Shown: positions 1-12,856 of the stretch, one piece after another
Layout: each line of letters starts with the position of its first letter
How positions within the stretch are numbered: the first letter of the stretch is position 1
From: Octopus bimaculoides
Lineage: Eukaryota
Assembly: GCF_001194135.2 (NCBI RefSeq)
Contig: NC_068998.1
Coordinates: forward strand, 49,074,543 to 49,138,542
Reading direction: 5' to 3'
Length of the DNA: 64,000 bases
Made by a program: the position numbers and the translations under genes
The notes under the pieces: model-generated
Told to the model about the DNA's origin: nothing
Database searches by the model: none
The model's input: the letters and a program-made list of their open reading frames with translations, nothing else

Positions 1-41
<41 letters not shown>

Positions 42-989
42 GTATAAATAAATAAATGGAGTTAAACGCTGTTTCTAGCCAAATGATACACCTGTCCAAG
101 ACATAAGATTTGTACATTGACAGTTCATCAACTCAAGTTTTAATTGTCATTATAAGAAATATATATCAAAGTTTGAGTAAGAACGCCCATTAACTGAAAC
201 CATTTCTGCTTGTCACCACATTGTCTCGGTATTAATCGAATTTACCACTCTGAGTTATACAATTATTTTTAGTGCTACTTAAGAACTGTAATATTAAGAT
301 AACAGGAAGCAATTTATTTGAGTTTTATGTACACAAACTCTATCGATTTGTCCATTTTTGACCGGCCAAAGAAGATGAATAAATCATTGATTTGATATTT
401 CTAAAACACTTACACTATAGTTCACAGACGTGTCTCAAGTGCTGTGTCCTTTCCATTCTTTCTGGAGTCTAGATATAAAGTAAACTAATCCTATGTTAAC
501 CGTAGCCTATCTGACAAATATACAATATCCATTGGTGTGACCTCATCGAAGGAATCTCCACTTAGTTTAACAGGTCGCTAGAAGCACCAACTAAATCTCC
601 CTCAACTTATATATCTTACCGCCTTACAAATAGTCGTAAGCCATAATCGAACACAACAATGGTCAAAGTTGTTTGAACTTTAACTATCGCCTGCTATTCA
701 AATATGATATATCTAAAACTATATTATTCAACATTTCGGTTTGGTTTTTGAAATGTTACAGAATTATTTGGAAGACAATTCACAGATACTTTTGACGGAT
801 CAATCGATTACTCGATGATATCTATATTTAACCAAAATAGAGAATCTATTTCTTCATTTATATATAGTTTTGATTTGTAAATATTTTAACTTACTGTATT
901 GTTTACTGTAAGGCTTCAGAATGTATTCAATAAAAATAAATTTTTCTCAACACTTTGACAAGTTGCTATTCAACGGAACGTTACATTTA

Positions 990-1526
990 CATCAAAACTA
1001 CGTGGCTATATTAAAACAAACAAGAATGATGTTGTTATCTAAAATCAATGATCAACGGTGTGGCTGTAATGAATCTTACGAATGTGGCTACCACAAAACA
1101 TTAATCAAAGATGTGACTATATATCACAACAAAATTCAAAAACTTAGTTATAAATAAAATATAGATAAACGATGTAGAATTATTTTGTTATAGATACGAC
1201 GTTGATCCGTGCTTTTACATAGCTGTGCCGATCATTTATACTTTCAAGTAACAATGTTGTCGAACAATGTTTTCAAGAAATCCACACAATTGCTCTATGT
1301 TGATATTAATTTAACATGGTCATACTAAAAGAGATCAACAGTGAGGTCATATCAAAACACATACATGCTTATATTAAGACAATCATCAGCGACATGATCC
1401 ATATAAAAACATGGATGTACAATATAGATACATCAAAGCGTAGATCAACAACGTGGCAATTCTAAACAGAGATGAATGGCGTAACTATATTAAAACATAG
1501 ATCAGCCACGTGGTTACACCAAAACG
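990..1526 (+). repeat. Highly decayed minisatellite, period about 28-29 bp (approximate consensus TAGATCAACAACGTGGCTATATCAAAACA)
   Basis: Recognisable units include catcaaaactacgtggctatattaaaaca (990), gagatcaacagtgaggtcatatcaaaaca (1331), tagatcaacaacgtggcaattctaaaca (1441), gagatgaatggcgtaactatattaaaaca (1469) and tagatcagccacgtggttacaccaaaac (1498). The units from 1384 to 1526 are contiguous at 28-29-bp spacing. Confidence 0.7.
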
Positions 1527-2671
1527 TCGTCAATTATTGGGAAACATCATCCAGGTATTGTGTCATCTTTGGTAGATATTCTCTCTGATATGGAACGCTA
1601 ATAGCATTCCTGAAACTGCGCACGGTTCAAAAAATCTCTCCACTTCTTCATAGGCCTATCGCAAAATTATAATATTCAACCTAAATACCGTACCACTTCG
1701 AAACAAAATTCCACCCAAATACATTGTTCTTTGAAATCCTTCATTTTTCAAGATGCAAGAAAAAATTGCACTAAGAATCGGTTCATTCTAGGATGTATTA
1801 TTGACTAATTGTTAGAGGTAGGTTCATGAAATTATGATTAGCTGAGCTCAAAGTCACTCAAACCGAGCATATCAATTTCTAACATCTCGTAACAGCGATT
1901 TTTCCCAGTTTCAAAAGATCCATTTATTGTTGCACATACCTTCATGTGTTGTCGTATCAGTAATAAGAAAAACTACCAAAGCAATGAAAGAAAAAATACA
2001 ACCAAAAACAAAACAAAATATAAGAAATAGATAGTAATGTATTATCCTCCTTGTCGTAGCACATATAACTAAGATATATCGATTTCCATATTCCGTATTC
2101 CTGTCAAGATAATCTATTTCGTTCAGTTCGATGTCATTCTTTAACTGCCGCATAATGTAAAAAAGGCTATTTCTTTCATGCCACTATTTCAAAACTACAT
2201 TGCAGGTGTGCTGTAGAAAGACTCTCAACCAATATATTAGGGATTCTGACACACATACAAGGAATAAAAATATTAGTAAATATAAAATGATAAAAGAAAA
2301 AAAAATCACGTAAAAAAAGAATTTTAATTTGCAACAGGTTAATCTCATACACTTCCGTGCTACACTTCCTTCTAGAAGTAAAAAGAATTTCTATTATAAA
2401 CCGCAAACTATTAACAGAATATGACCGACGTTTCATATCCGAGATAAAATTTGTATTCTCTTTACAAATTTATGGAAAGGAAATCGGGAAAGTTTACGTG
2501 TAACATGTTATTTCAATCTTTGTTATCACATTGCGATGGATTTCTATTTTTTCGTCTTATTTTTTTTATGTATTTTTACAAAGTAATTTGCAATAAAAAT
2601 ACGTTCTGTGATACTAAATCAGACGAGCTGAATATTCTACTTAAATGGTGAATTCCAACAATAGATTGCAG

Positions 2672-2810
2672 ATTTGCACTGGTTCAAAACGTTCATTCAC
2701 AGCAGAGGTTACAGATATTGCCACATACTTTTCTATTCAATCTTCTTTATATATAGAAATGAGAACATTAACAACACAAAGAGACAGATGGTGTGGTTGT
2801 GATAAATTCG
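2672..2810 (+). CDS. Possible coding exon (phase 0 to 1), unrecognised peptide ICTGSKRSFTAEVTDIATYFSIQSSLYIEMRTLTTQRDRWCGCDKF
   Basis: Open frame bounded by ttgcag| and G|gtatgt. The acceptor lacks a good pyrimidine tract and I recognise no homology. Confidence 0.18.
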
Positions 2811-3407
2811 GTATGTACAAGGGCATTTTGCTACATATCATGGTCACTTATATTCTTACAATTCTGGGCAAATGCATGTGAACGAGCTTACGAAGATAAG
2901 TTCAGAAGTAACTGTACCGTATGCAAGAGTCTTTTAGCATTATCTTTGAATTTAAAACTGTTCTCTGGCAGAACCATTTAAACATTGGTAAAGTGATTTG
3001 CTCCAGTTTTATTTTATCTTCTGTGTTCAAATCCCACTGGCGTCAATTTTGTCTTCCATCATTTCAGAATCTTTTCGAATAAACACATCCCAGTTAATTT
3101 GTTGGGTTTCTACCTAAATTCTAAAGTGTTATTTTTTGAGATTTACGGGCGTTATCTCGCAGTTTTCAATTCGTATGAGGTCAACAATGCATACTTACAT
3201 ATATATTTATGTATGTATGTATATATGACGCACTTTGTATATGTATACACATACACACACATATAAATATGCATATGTACATATGTATATATATATAACT
3301 TCGAACAGTATTATTCTTCTTAATGACTACTAAGTTTGCACACTACACAAATATGCAGTAATCTTTCACAATAGTGTACAGTTCCTACTATATCTAAACA
3401 TGCAAAC

Positions 3408-3453
<46 letters not shown>

Positions 3454-3518
3454 NNNNNNNNNNNNNNNNNNNNNNNNNNNNNNNNNNNNNNNNNNNNNNN
3501 NNNNNNNNNNNNNNNNNN

Positions 3519-3575
<57 letters not shown>

Positions 3576-4276
3576 TTATTCCGAACAGAAAATGTCTTTT
3601 CACTATCAATTGCAGTATAGATTTACGTCCGCCAAAGCAGGAAAACTCGTCAAACGATAAATGAATGTCGGTAAAATACGAATACCAAACAAATATTAGA
3701 CTCGATATCAGAGAATAATATCAATTTAAGACAGTGCTCCGACATGGCCGCATAGCAGATAATGAAAACTCTAACAGAGCATACGTATAATTGATTACAT
3801 ACAAATAACACAAAGGATGGCGTACATTCAGTTTTGAAAAGGAGGTGTTTCTAACATGGTTTTAAATATGATTTCTTAGACTAAGGAAAGAATTACAGAA
3901 CTGAACAACAAAAGAAATGAATGCGTCATTTTAAATCCATATTCAAATAGCACATAATCTAAGATTTTTGGAAAATCATGTTTCTATGTGGCTACTCATA
4001 ATTCCTTGTGTATAATTTTCTTCGTTTCACTCTATTTATAAACGTCCCCGTCTGCCGGGTAAAATAAATGTAAGAGAGCTCTTCCGGTATGATGAATTCA
4101 TTTCTAGTTACATAAATATGTATTGAATTACTACTTTACTAATCTTTCAATAAAGCATCGAAGAATATTGCAGCATGACACAAAGACTTTCTCATTTTAA
4201 ATTCAACTGATTTGTATAAAAAAGTAACATGAAATAACACGAATCATTCTAGGAGCAATAATTAAATATTTACCCA

Positions 4277-4410
<134 letters not shown>

Positions 4411-6287
4411 AACGTTTCCATCACGAAGTTGGGGCAAGTATGCTGACGACAAATTTCAAGACGAATGAATACGATAGCCTGTGATAGAAGTACGAGGTCA
4501 TCCAGCACGGAAGTAGAAAATTTATTATAGCAGCCGTAGAGGCCAGAGGCTGTACTGAAATATCATTGGGATACAATCTGGTTATGAGATATGATGCAAA
4601 TTTCAAAACATGAAACAGTACAATTCGAAGAAACAATAATCACGATGATGTAAATAAGCAAAGATGTAATGTTATAGAATGTATTTTGACATAGAATACA
4701 CAGGACAAGCAGCATGTTTCCATAGCGTATAAGTCAACAAAGTTACAAAGGTTTGCCTGAACGGGAAGCCTGACCATCGCAGGATGCCTGACCATCATTT
4801 ATAACTGATTGGTCAGCAGCATCATGAACCGATATGAGTATATTTAGCATATTTAACCACACGTTCCAGAATTCGAAATCATATTCTTACAACCAACATT
4901 CAAACCAGGCTATACGACATCACGTAGAATGCTTTCACATCTATAATCTATATTATCTAGTCGTGTGATTAGGATTCCCATGAAAACATTATTTGCTTAA
5001 TGAATGCTTCTTGTTAGGAACGTGTGTGTATGTGGATCATAGAGTGGTTTACTAAAGAACGACATGTAGATGCTGTCTCTCATAATCCGCCTAATGATTC
5101 TAGCATTAACAGTAATGTCGAAGGAAAATTATAATGGACTGTACAAACTTTATGCAGACAACAGAAGGTATTAGCAGATAATAATTTGCAATTATTTCCG
5201 TTGCAATGAGACAAAAGATCCTACGTTATGATGAAATATAATGATGTATGACAGAATAAAAGAAAGCTTGCTCGGTAGCAGAAATTAGTTGTCCAGCCAA
5301 CGTTAATGTGACTGTAACAATAGAAAGAAAAAGTAAATAGCTATGTCGAAATCAGGTACTAAATGTAAGCTGTAAACTTAGAATAATATTCCTGATTCCT
5401 TGGAGAAATTGTTGTATAACCAATAACTTGAACACTAATTTTGAAGAATTAACATTCACAGAGAAGAAAAAAAAAGAGCAGATAAGGAAATTAGAATTAC
5501 AAGTCATTAGCTGAAAAGTGAAAATATGTAAATCTAAGTATATACATGCATACATACAGACAGAGATACTTACAGATACACATACACACACGTGCTTGTA
5601 TGTATGATTTATATATATATATATATGTATATACATATATATATATATATNNNNNNNNNNNNNNNNNNNNNNNNNNNNNNNNNNNNNNNNNNNNNNNNNN
5701 NNNNNNNNNNNNNNNNNNNNNNNNNNNNNNNNNNNNNNNNNNNNNNNNNNNNNNNNNNNNNNNNNNNNNNNNNNNNNNNNNNNNNNNNNNNNNNNNNNNN
5801 NNNNNNNNNNNNNNNNNNNNNNNNNNNNNNNNNNNNNNNNNNNNNNNNNNNNNNNNNNNNNNNNNNNNNNNNNNNNNNNNNNNNNNNNNNNNNNNNNNNN
5901 NNNNNNNNNNNNNNNNNNNNNNNNNNNNNNNNNNNNNNNNNNNNNNNNNNNNNNNNNNNNNNNNNNNNNNNNNNNNNNNNNNNNNNNNNNNNNNNNNNNN
6001 NNNNNNNNNNNNNNNNNNNNNNNNNNNNNNNNNNNNNNNNNNNNNNNNNTATATATATAATCGTTTCGGCTTAACAGCCTTCACCGTTTGTTTTTACTGT
6101 CTTTTTTTTCACCTGTTTTTATATTTTCGTTTCTCATTGTGTCTACATTTTTTTTTGTCCTGTACCCATATATGCATGTATGTATACATATATACGTAGT
6201 TATGTACATATATGTATTTATATATGCATATATTTATATATTATTTATATTATATATATATAAATATGTATGTGTGTGTGTGTGCAT

Positions 6288-6430
6288 TTGCCACCATGGT
6301 GGGGGGGGGTCTGAGGTTCAGTCCTGCAGCGTAGCAGCTTGGGTAAGTGTCCTCTACAAAAAAAAACCTGCTCAAGATGTGACTTCACTGGGAATTTGTT
6401 AAAGAGGAATGTAAACCAATTGTGTATATA
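6288..6430 (+). mobile_element. Decayed SINE family C (CORE-like) 5' part
   Basis: ccaccatggt...gaggttcagtcctgcagcgtagcagcttgggtaagtgtcctctac aligns by eye to the 15733 copy (caacatggttctgtgttcaatcccactgcatggcagtctgggcaagtgccttctgc). Confidence 0.55.
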
Positions 6431-6468
6431 TGCATACGTACATACATACATCCATATATCTATATACA

Positions 6469-6512
<44 letters not shown>

Positions 6513-6833
6513 TATATACACGTGTATGTATGTGCGTGAGTGTGTATAATTATGCGCATCAAAACCTCATGTAACGGTATGCATACACGCATGAATCTAC
6601 CATTTCTTTTACTCAACTTATATAACTGCTACTAAATTGATGTTGCCTAATGTCAATAAAAGAGAATTACTTATCGCATACCCTATAATTGGGATGACGT
6701 AATACTCAAAACTAAAAAAAAATACAAACATACGAACATTCATGTATCCATGCCCACTCACACTAACATACATACGTAGATACACTCAGACGCACACACA
6801 CACACACTCTCTCACACATGTGCATATACATAC

Positions 6834-7074
6834 TTTAAGTTCGTTAATGGGTAATGCATGCATAATGATAAGTCGAACATTTGGCGTCAGCGACTCTCCA
6901 TATGAAATACGATGAATGCTACTATCTCCGACTTTGAAGCCACTATCATTAGCCCCGTTAAATAACTGGTTAATATTTGGAGGAAGTTGCTGAGGGAGCC
7001 ATTTGTGAAGGATCGTAGTAATCTCCGTCTCTAGCTTGAAATTACCATATAGAGAGTTCCTGCGAACAATATGG
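6834..7074 (-). CDS. Candidate internal coding exon (241 nt, phase 2 to 0) encoding HIVRRNSLYGNFKLETEITTILHKWLPQQLPPNINQLFNGANDSGFKVGDSSIHRISYGESLTPNVRLIIMHALPINELK
   Basis: 80 stop-free codons of non-repetitive, GC-elevated sequence. Acceptor is tttttgatattatgtgcag| and donor is AAA|gtatgt. The other two minus frames stop early. Product not recognised. Confidence 0.4.
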
Positions 7075-7241
7075 CTGCACATAATATCAAAAATAACATA
7101 TTTAAAGAACAGATGGAAAGGAACCAAATACATACATATGTGTGTAAATATGTACATAAGCAGATCCATATTTCCATGCACACATATAGACACATGCATG
7201 CTGTTAGAACGTCGTGTCTTTGTTAAAAAACAGCCACTTCA

Positions 7242-7274
<33 letters not shown>

Positions 7275-7327
7275 GCACACAAGCATACAAACATATATAT
7301 ATGCATACCAGCATAGTTATGTATATA

Positions 7328-7541
7328 TGAGGAGGTGCTGAAAAGTTGTTGGTGTTGAGTAAAAGAATATAGAAGAGGATCAGTTAATAATGGTTTTTTA
7401 TTCAACATTCTTTCTCTGATTTGCACACATATTGCGGCGGTCCGTCGGTTTTTTATCCCCTGTAGAAGAACTCAGTATGTTGGGTATCCAACCAAGCCTT
7501 TCACGGTATCTTTAAAGCCAAGGACTTTCAGCATCCTTTCG
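7328..7541. mobile_element. Mariner/Tc1-type MITE (about 214 bp) with TA target duplication
   Basis: TA at 7326-27 and 7542-43. Left end tgaggaggtgctgaaaagttgttggtgtt versus reverse complement of right end cgaaaggatgctgaaagtccttggcttt. No ORF. A second copy of the interior lies at 9999-10150. Confidence 0.8.
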
Positions 7542-7548
7542 TAGATAC

Positions 7549-7806
7549 TCATTTATCGATTCAAAAGTTTTGCAATATTTTAGTGACTTATGTGCTTCAT
7601 ACGTGAAGTTACAACAAAACCAGTCTAGCATTCAAATTACAGGCCATCGTGTTGTACTATCTGAAGTCCTTGCTGTTAATTCTTTGATTCTATGCTGACA
7701 CTAGTTCTTCTGCTTCGAGGCGAAGATGTTCTTCACTGAAGTTTCAACCTCCTCGTAGTTGATGAAGCGTCAGAATGCGTAGGAAGTGAGCCATGGATCA
7801 GAACAT
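7549..7806 (-). mobile_element. Mariner transposase C-terminal relic plus 3' end
   Basis: Minus-strand translation with frameshifts gives F*SMAHFLR / RFINYEEVETSVKNIFASKQKN*CQHRIKEL / QIVQHDGL*FEC*. This matches the mariner C-terminus pattern (FRSM.HFL...F...EEV...F.SK...W...GI..L..RW..V...G.YFE). Confidence 0.85.
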
Positions 7807-8458
7807 TCACGGTTCCTTCCCGCTTTCGTTGTAACTTGACGAATTAAGCAAATGAATTACCAAAATATCGCTAAACATTTGACTCAACACCATATATACC
7901 CATATGCTTACGTATAAAACGTACATACATAACGATGAAGCTTTGTATATTTGTTAGAAATCAGCAACTAATACATACATACATACATACATACATACAT
8001 ACATACATAACCTACATACGTACATAATACGCATACACACACGTACATACATACATTCACACACACGTACATACATAGATTAATATTTACATACATATAT
8101 ACACAAGCGTATAGAACTGGTTGTGTGTATACTGAGGTTTTGGAAGAAGTTTTCTGAATACAATGTGGCATTATAAAACGCACCGAAATAGATATGAATG
8201 AATTGAAGTATAAAACAAGATTGAGATACACATCGAAATCTGTCAACAGTTATTTTTAAAAACAAAACAAGAATGAGGTGTCTGTTTATAAGATGATAAG
8301 CGGTATTTCTTTCACCTTCTCCGATATTGTATACAATATGTAAATATTAATATATACATGTGTTTCTCTGTGTGTGTGTGTATGTGTTTTTATGTCTGTT
8401 GCTGTATGCGTTTGATGCGCGCGTGTGATTGCGTGTATGTGTCTGTATATAGTTCATG

Positions 8459-8511
<53 letters not shown>

Positions 8512-9136
8512 NNNNNNNNNNNNNNNNNNNNNNNNNNNNNNNNNNNNNNNNNNNNNNNNNNNNNNNNNNNNNNNNNNNNNNNNNNNNNNNNNNNNNNNNN
8601 NNNNNNNNNNNNNNNNNNNNNNNNNNNNNNNNNNNNNNNNNNNNNNNNNNNNNNNNNNNNNNNNNNNNNNNNNNNNNNNNNNNNNNNNNNNNNNNNNNNN
8701 NNNNNNNNNNNNNNNNNNNNNNNNNNNNNNNNNNNNNNNNNNNNNNNNNNNNNNNNNNNNNNNNNNNNNNNNNNNNNNNNNNNNNNNNNNNNNNNNNNNN
8801 NNNNNNNNNNNNNNNNNNNNNNNNNNNNNNNNNNNNNNNNNNNNNNNNNNNNNNNNNNNNNNNNNNNNNNNNNNNNNNNNNNNNNNNNNNNNNNNNNNNN
8901 NNNNNNNNNNNNNNNNNNNNNNNNNNNNNNNNNNNNNNNNNNNNNNNNNNNNNNNNNNNNNNNNNNNNNNNNNNNNNNNNNNNNNNNNNNNNNNNNNNNN
9001 NNNNNNNNNNNNNNNNNNNNNNNNNNNNNNNNNNNNNNNNNNNNNNNNNNNNNNNNNNNNNNNNNNNNNNNNNNNNNNNNNNNNNNNNNNNNNNNNNNNN
9101 NNNNNNNNNNNNNNNNNNNNNNNNNNNNNNNNNNNN

Positions 9137-9192
<56 letters not shown>

Positions 9193-9699
9193 TTGTTTGT
9201 GAATACACATATAACCACATACAAACACCAAATATGTTAATCTGTTTGCACCGGCTTCATTCTTAGCGAGCGTGCGCAAGTATGTGCGAGTGTATGTTTG
9301 TATGTTCGTGTTGAATTATGAAGACACTTAATGATGCTGTCTCTGAGTATCTCTGTACGGCATATATACGTATGTGTCTACGCACATGTGTGTGTATATG
9401 CGCATGAGTATGTATGTATGTATGAAGGTACGTATGTATGTTTCAGCATAGATTATTCAGTTACATAAGTGAGTGATTGATATTCCCACTTTGGTTCCTT
9501 TTCTTCGTTATCTCTACGTCCTCTTTGATTTTCCAAACTATGGAAGCAAGGTAAAAAAAATTTGAACTATATTACTACAAAAATTGTCTTCGCGATTTTC
9601 TTTTTAAACACATAAACAAGGATGGAGAAGGTGTTTTAAATACTAGATATTAGTCAAGGAACTGATACAACATTATACATAAACGGATACCTGCATTCG

Positions 9700-9997
9700 T
9701 GGCACGCCGTCGGTTACGACGTCGAGGGTTACAGTTGATCCGATCAACGGAACAGCCTGCTCTTGAAATTAACGTGCAAGTGGCTGAGCACGCCAAAGAC
9801 ACGTGTACCCTTAACGTAGTTCTCGGGGAGATTCGGCATGACACAGTGTGACAAGGCTGACCCTTTGAATTACAGATACAACAGAAACAGGAAGAAAGAT
9901 TGAGAGAAAGTTGTGGTGAAAGAATACAGCAGGGTTCGCCACCACCCGCTGCCGAGCCTCGTGAAGCTTTAGGTGTTTTCGCTCAATAAACACTCAC
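9700..9997 (-). mobile_element. SINE family A, 5'-truncated
   Basis: Closely matches 40816-41100 (tggcac..gtcggttacgac..gagggtt.cagttgatccgatcaacggaacagcctg...cgctcaataaacactcac) and is the reverse complement of 33541-33870. Confidence 0.95.
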
Positions 9998-9998
9998 T

Positions 9999-10150
9999 GG
10001 AGGATCAGTTACTTATGAATACCTTCAACGTATTCTCCTCTCAGATTCACATACTTCTTGCAGCTGTTCTTCAGCTTTTGAAGCCCTGAAAAAGAACACG
10101 AGTATTTGGGCTCCTACACAATAAAACGGGAACTTTGCAGCACTGCCTCA
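9999..10150. mobile_element. Second, left-truncated copy of the mariner-type MITE
   Basis: ggaggatcagtt...ctctcagattcacatac..ttgcagc...agccctg..aaagaac...gggaactttgcagcac parallels 7374-7541. Confidence 0.75.
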
Positions 10151-10589
10151 CATTTTGTAAACATAGATCAACTACAAATATCAGCGTTCCTTGAAACTGC
10201 AAGAATCCTCTGCAGAGTCCTTAAATGATGATCAGTAATCGAGTGTCACTATAGTCTGCTGCTTCTGAGCAGCTCACAATTTCCATCTTACCCTGCAAAA
10301 CAATCATCAAAAATAATAACATTAAAAATATGAATAATAATGATAATAATAGTAGTAGTAATAGTAGCAATAATAATATAAATACATATATATATATATA
10401 TATTACCATATACATAATTCCTAGCTCTGTGACAACATTGGGCATTGAAAGAAAATCAATATATCAGATGTAACTGTTTTGCTGTCGCCTATCGTCTTCT
10501 CATAATCTTTCTGTGTTCTTGTGTAAATAAAACAATACATATAAGACCATTATATAATATATATATGTACGTATGTATGTATGTATAAA

Positions 10590-10621
<32 letters not shown>

Positions 10622-10835
10622 CACACACACGTATATATATATATATATATATATATATACGTGTGTGTATGTGCGTCTTCATGTGTATTTATTCTCTTGT
10701 GGATATGAGAATAAGTAGAAGTATTTGACAAGGTATTAGAGAAAGGCGATTATGGAATTATATCTGGAAACGGAACAGACACTACTTTAAAAAATGAGAT
10801 ACTGGGCCCGTGTGTGCGTCTGTACACACACACAT

Positions 10836-10894
<59 letters not shown>

Positions 10895-12544
10895 TATATA
10901 TGTGTATATATATGCGTGTGTGTACATGTGTGTGCCTGCGTGCGTGTGTATGTGTATATAAGTATATATATGCATATTTTGTTTTCAGTGTGCTTAATTT
11001 TTGTCTTACAGTATATCATCAGGACCTCAACAAAGTGTGAAAACCAAGAACAGGAATACCAAAGAGTCTGAGAAGAAAAGAATGGTAGAAAAGTGAAAGA
11101 AATGACACTGTGTCAAAAAAATATTTGTAGCAAATATTACAATATTTCCATACCACCCTTCACGCAATTTCCTTATTTTGAACGTGCAAAAATGGTATTT
11201 AGATGTTAGAACGAATGAACGATCCTATATACATATATGTGTGTTGGCGTATATATCTATTAATCTAGCGCTCTATCTGTCTACCTTTACATATACATGT
11301 CTACGATTAAATATTGGTTTTCTCATTCGATCCTTGTAGAAGATGCAGTGCACGAAACTATTTTTGTCTTCAAATTAGAAATTTCAAGCCCTGTACCTAT
11401 AGTAAAAAACATTATTATCATTTATAGAAGACATACCGTTCCCTGGTATTATTCTGGTAGTAATTTAGCATCCTTGTATTATCACGATCTACTGTCATGT
11501 TTGGAATCTCTTTTAATGACATATCATGAAGTTATATTCACACATATTACACATGTTCCCTCACATTCTAGAAATATATAATTAGACAAATATATTTTCT
11601 TTTTATATGTTCATACACGCATACACATATACATCATATACGAAATAATTCGCTCAAACTTATTCCAGGCCAGGTGGTTTAAATATCCTGTTCTACCCCG
11701 AGAATATGCAGTGATTTGTTTAACAGACCTGTCAATTAGCAAAGCAATACACATAAACTTTTGTTCGTCTGGTTGTTTTGTTACATCCAAATTAAATTAG
11801 GTCTACAATAATATTTGCAAGGTAGAGAAATAAATACAAACAAGTCTCTCGGTTCACATCATGAATTATATTTTTAGAATCTTAACGTCGAAAACAACAT
11901 TTCTGTTGACATTTCTCATCGTTATACTGGTAACTATTTATAAATTTCCTTCATTGGTATATCAATTTTCTTGTTTAAGATCATCCTTCAAATTAACAGC
12001 CGTGTTTGGAGATAAATGTCGACACGCGATCGCTAGAAGCGTATCAATCTTATTGGTTTATATCCTTATTAATCTAAAAACTAACGACATTACAGAAAGA
12101 TAGTAAAGAAAAATTACAAAAGAAAAGCAAATAAGAACATAAAGTAAACACAAAACACTTCAAACAAATCCAGTTCTAAAAGCTCAGACTTTCAAGTTAA
12201 AATGAACTTAGAGGTTAATTAAGTGTTATATCTAATATAATATTCGAGAGATCTAACGTCAAAGAGATGCATCTCGTTCGCATGATATTTGCTGAAATTG
12301 ATTGTTTTGTGATGTAAAATTAGCAAACAATAAAACTGGTTGTAAACAATTAATGAAGCGAGCGCAATAACATTAATTAATTCCATACCCGAATGGTGGT
12401 GCAGTTGCCAAGTATATTACTGTGGTGAATAAGTAAGCAGAAAAATTACTGCACCAAAAGTGGTGACTTTTTCCTTCCTCAGTTCAAATCTCTTCGAAGA
12501 CAAGTTTGTTTGAAACTTAGAGGATCAAAATCTAAGTCAAATTA

Positions 12545-12720
12545 AGGGCAGCCAGATGGTAGACTAATTCAAATGCTTCCAAGGACAACTTTGCTTTTCA
12601 ATCTTTCGGGGCCGATAAAATAAGTACCAGTCCTGCTCTGCGACCGATGCAATCGACTAGCTCCCCCCCCCTCCCCCACCTCAATATTTCAGGCGTCGTG
12701 CCAATAGCAGAAAGAATATT
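12545..12720 (+). mobile_element. SINE family B, decayed
   Basis: ttcaaat....actttgcttttcaatctttcggggccgataaaataagtaccagt...gatgcaatcgact..cccc...ttcaggcgtcgtgcc is homologous to 33930-34137. Confidence 0.8.
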
Positions 12721-12856
12721 CTGAATCTGCTTCACTTTCACTTCTCAGAATGTATGAGGAAAAATATGTTTGCGGGTTATTAACATCAACCCCTAGAGGA
12801 ATGAATAAAATGACAGGAGAATATCATCAAATTTATGCAAAACTGTTGCATTGCTC

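Noticed and set aside
990-1526. CRISPR-like interpretation of the 28-29-bp periodic array (also the 17-, 18- and 30-bp arrays)
   Set aside because: The units are contiguous with no unique spacers, there are no cas genes, and the context is eukaryotic.
11390-11560. Minus-strand segment with an AACG|gtatgt donor (EIPNMTVDRDNTRMLNYYQNNTRE)
   Set aside because: The acceptor is weak, the good upstream acceptor leads to stops in all frames, and joining to the 17.3 kb candidate creates a TAG.
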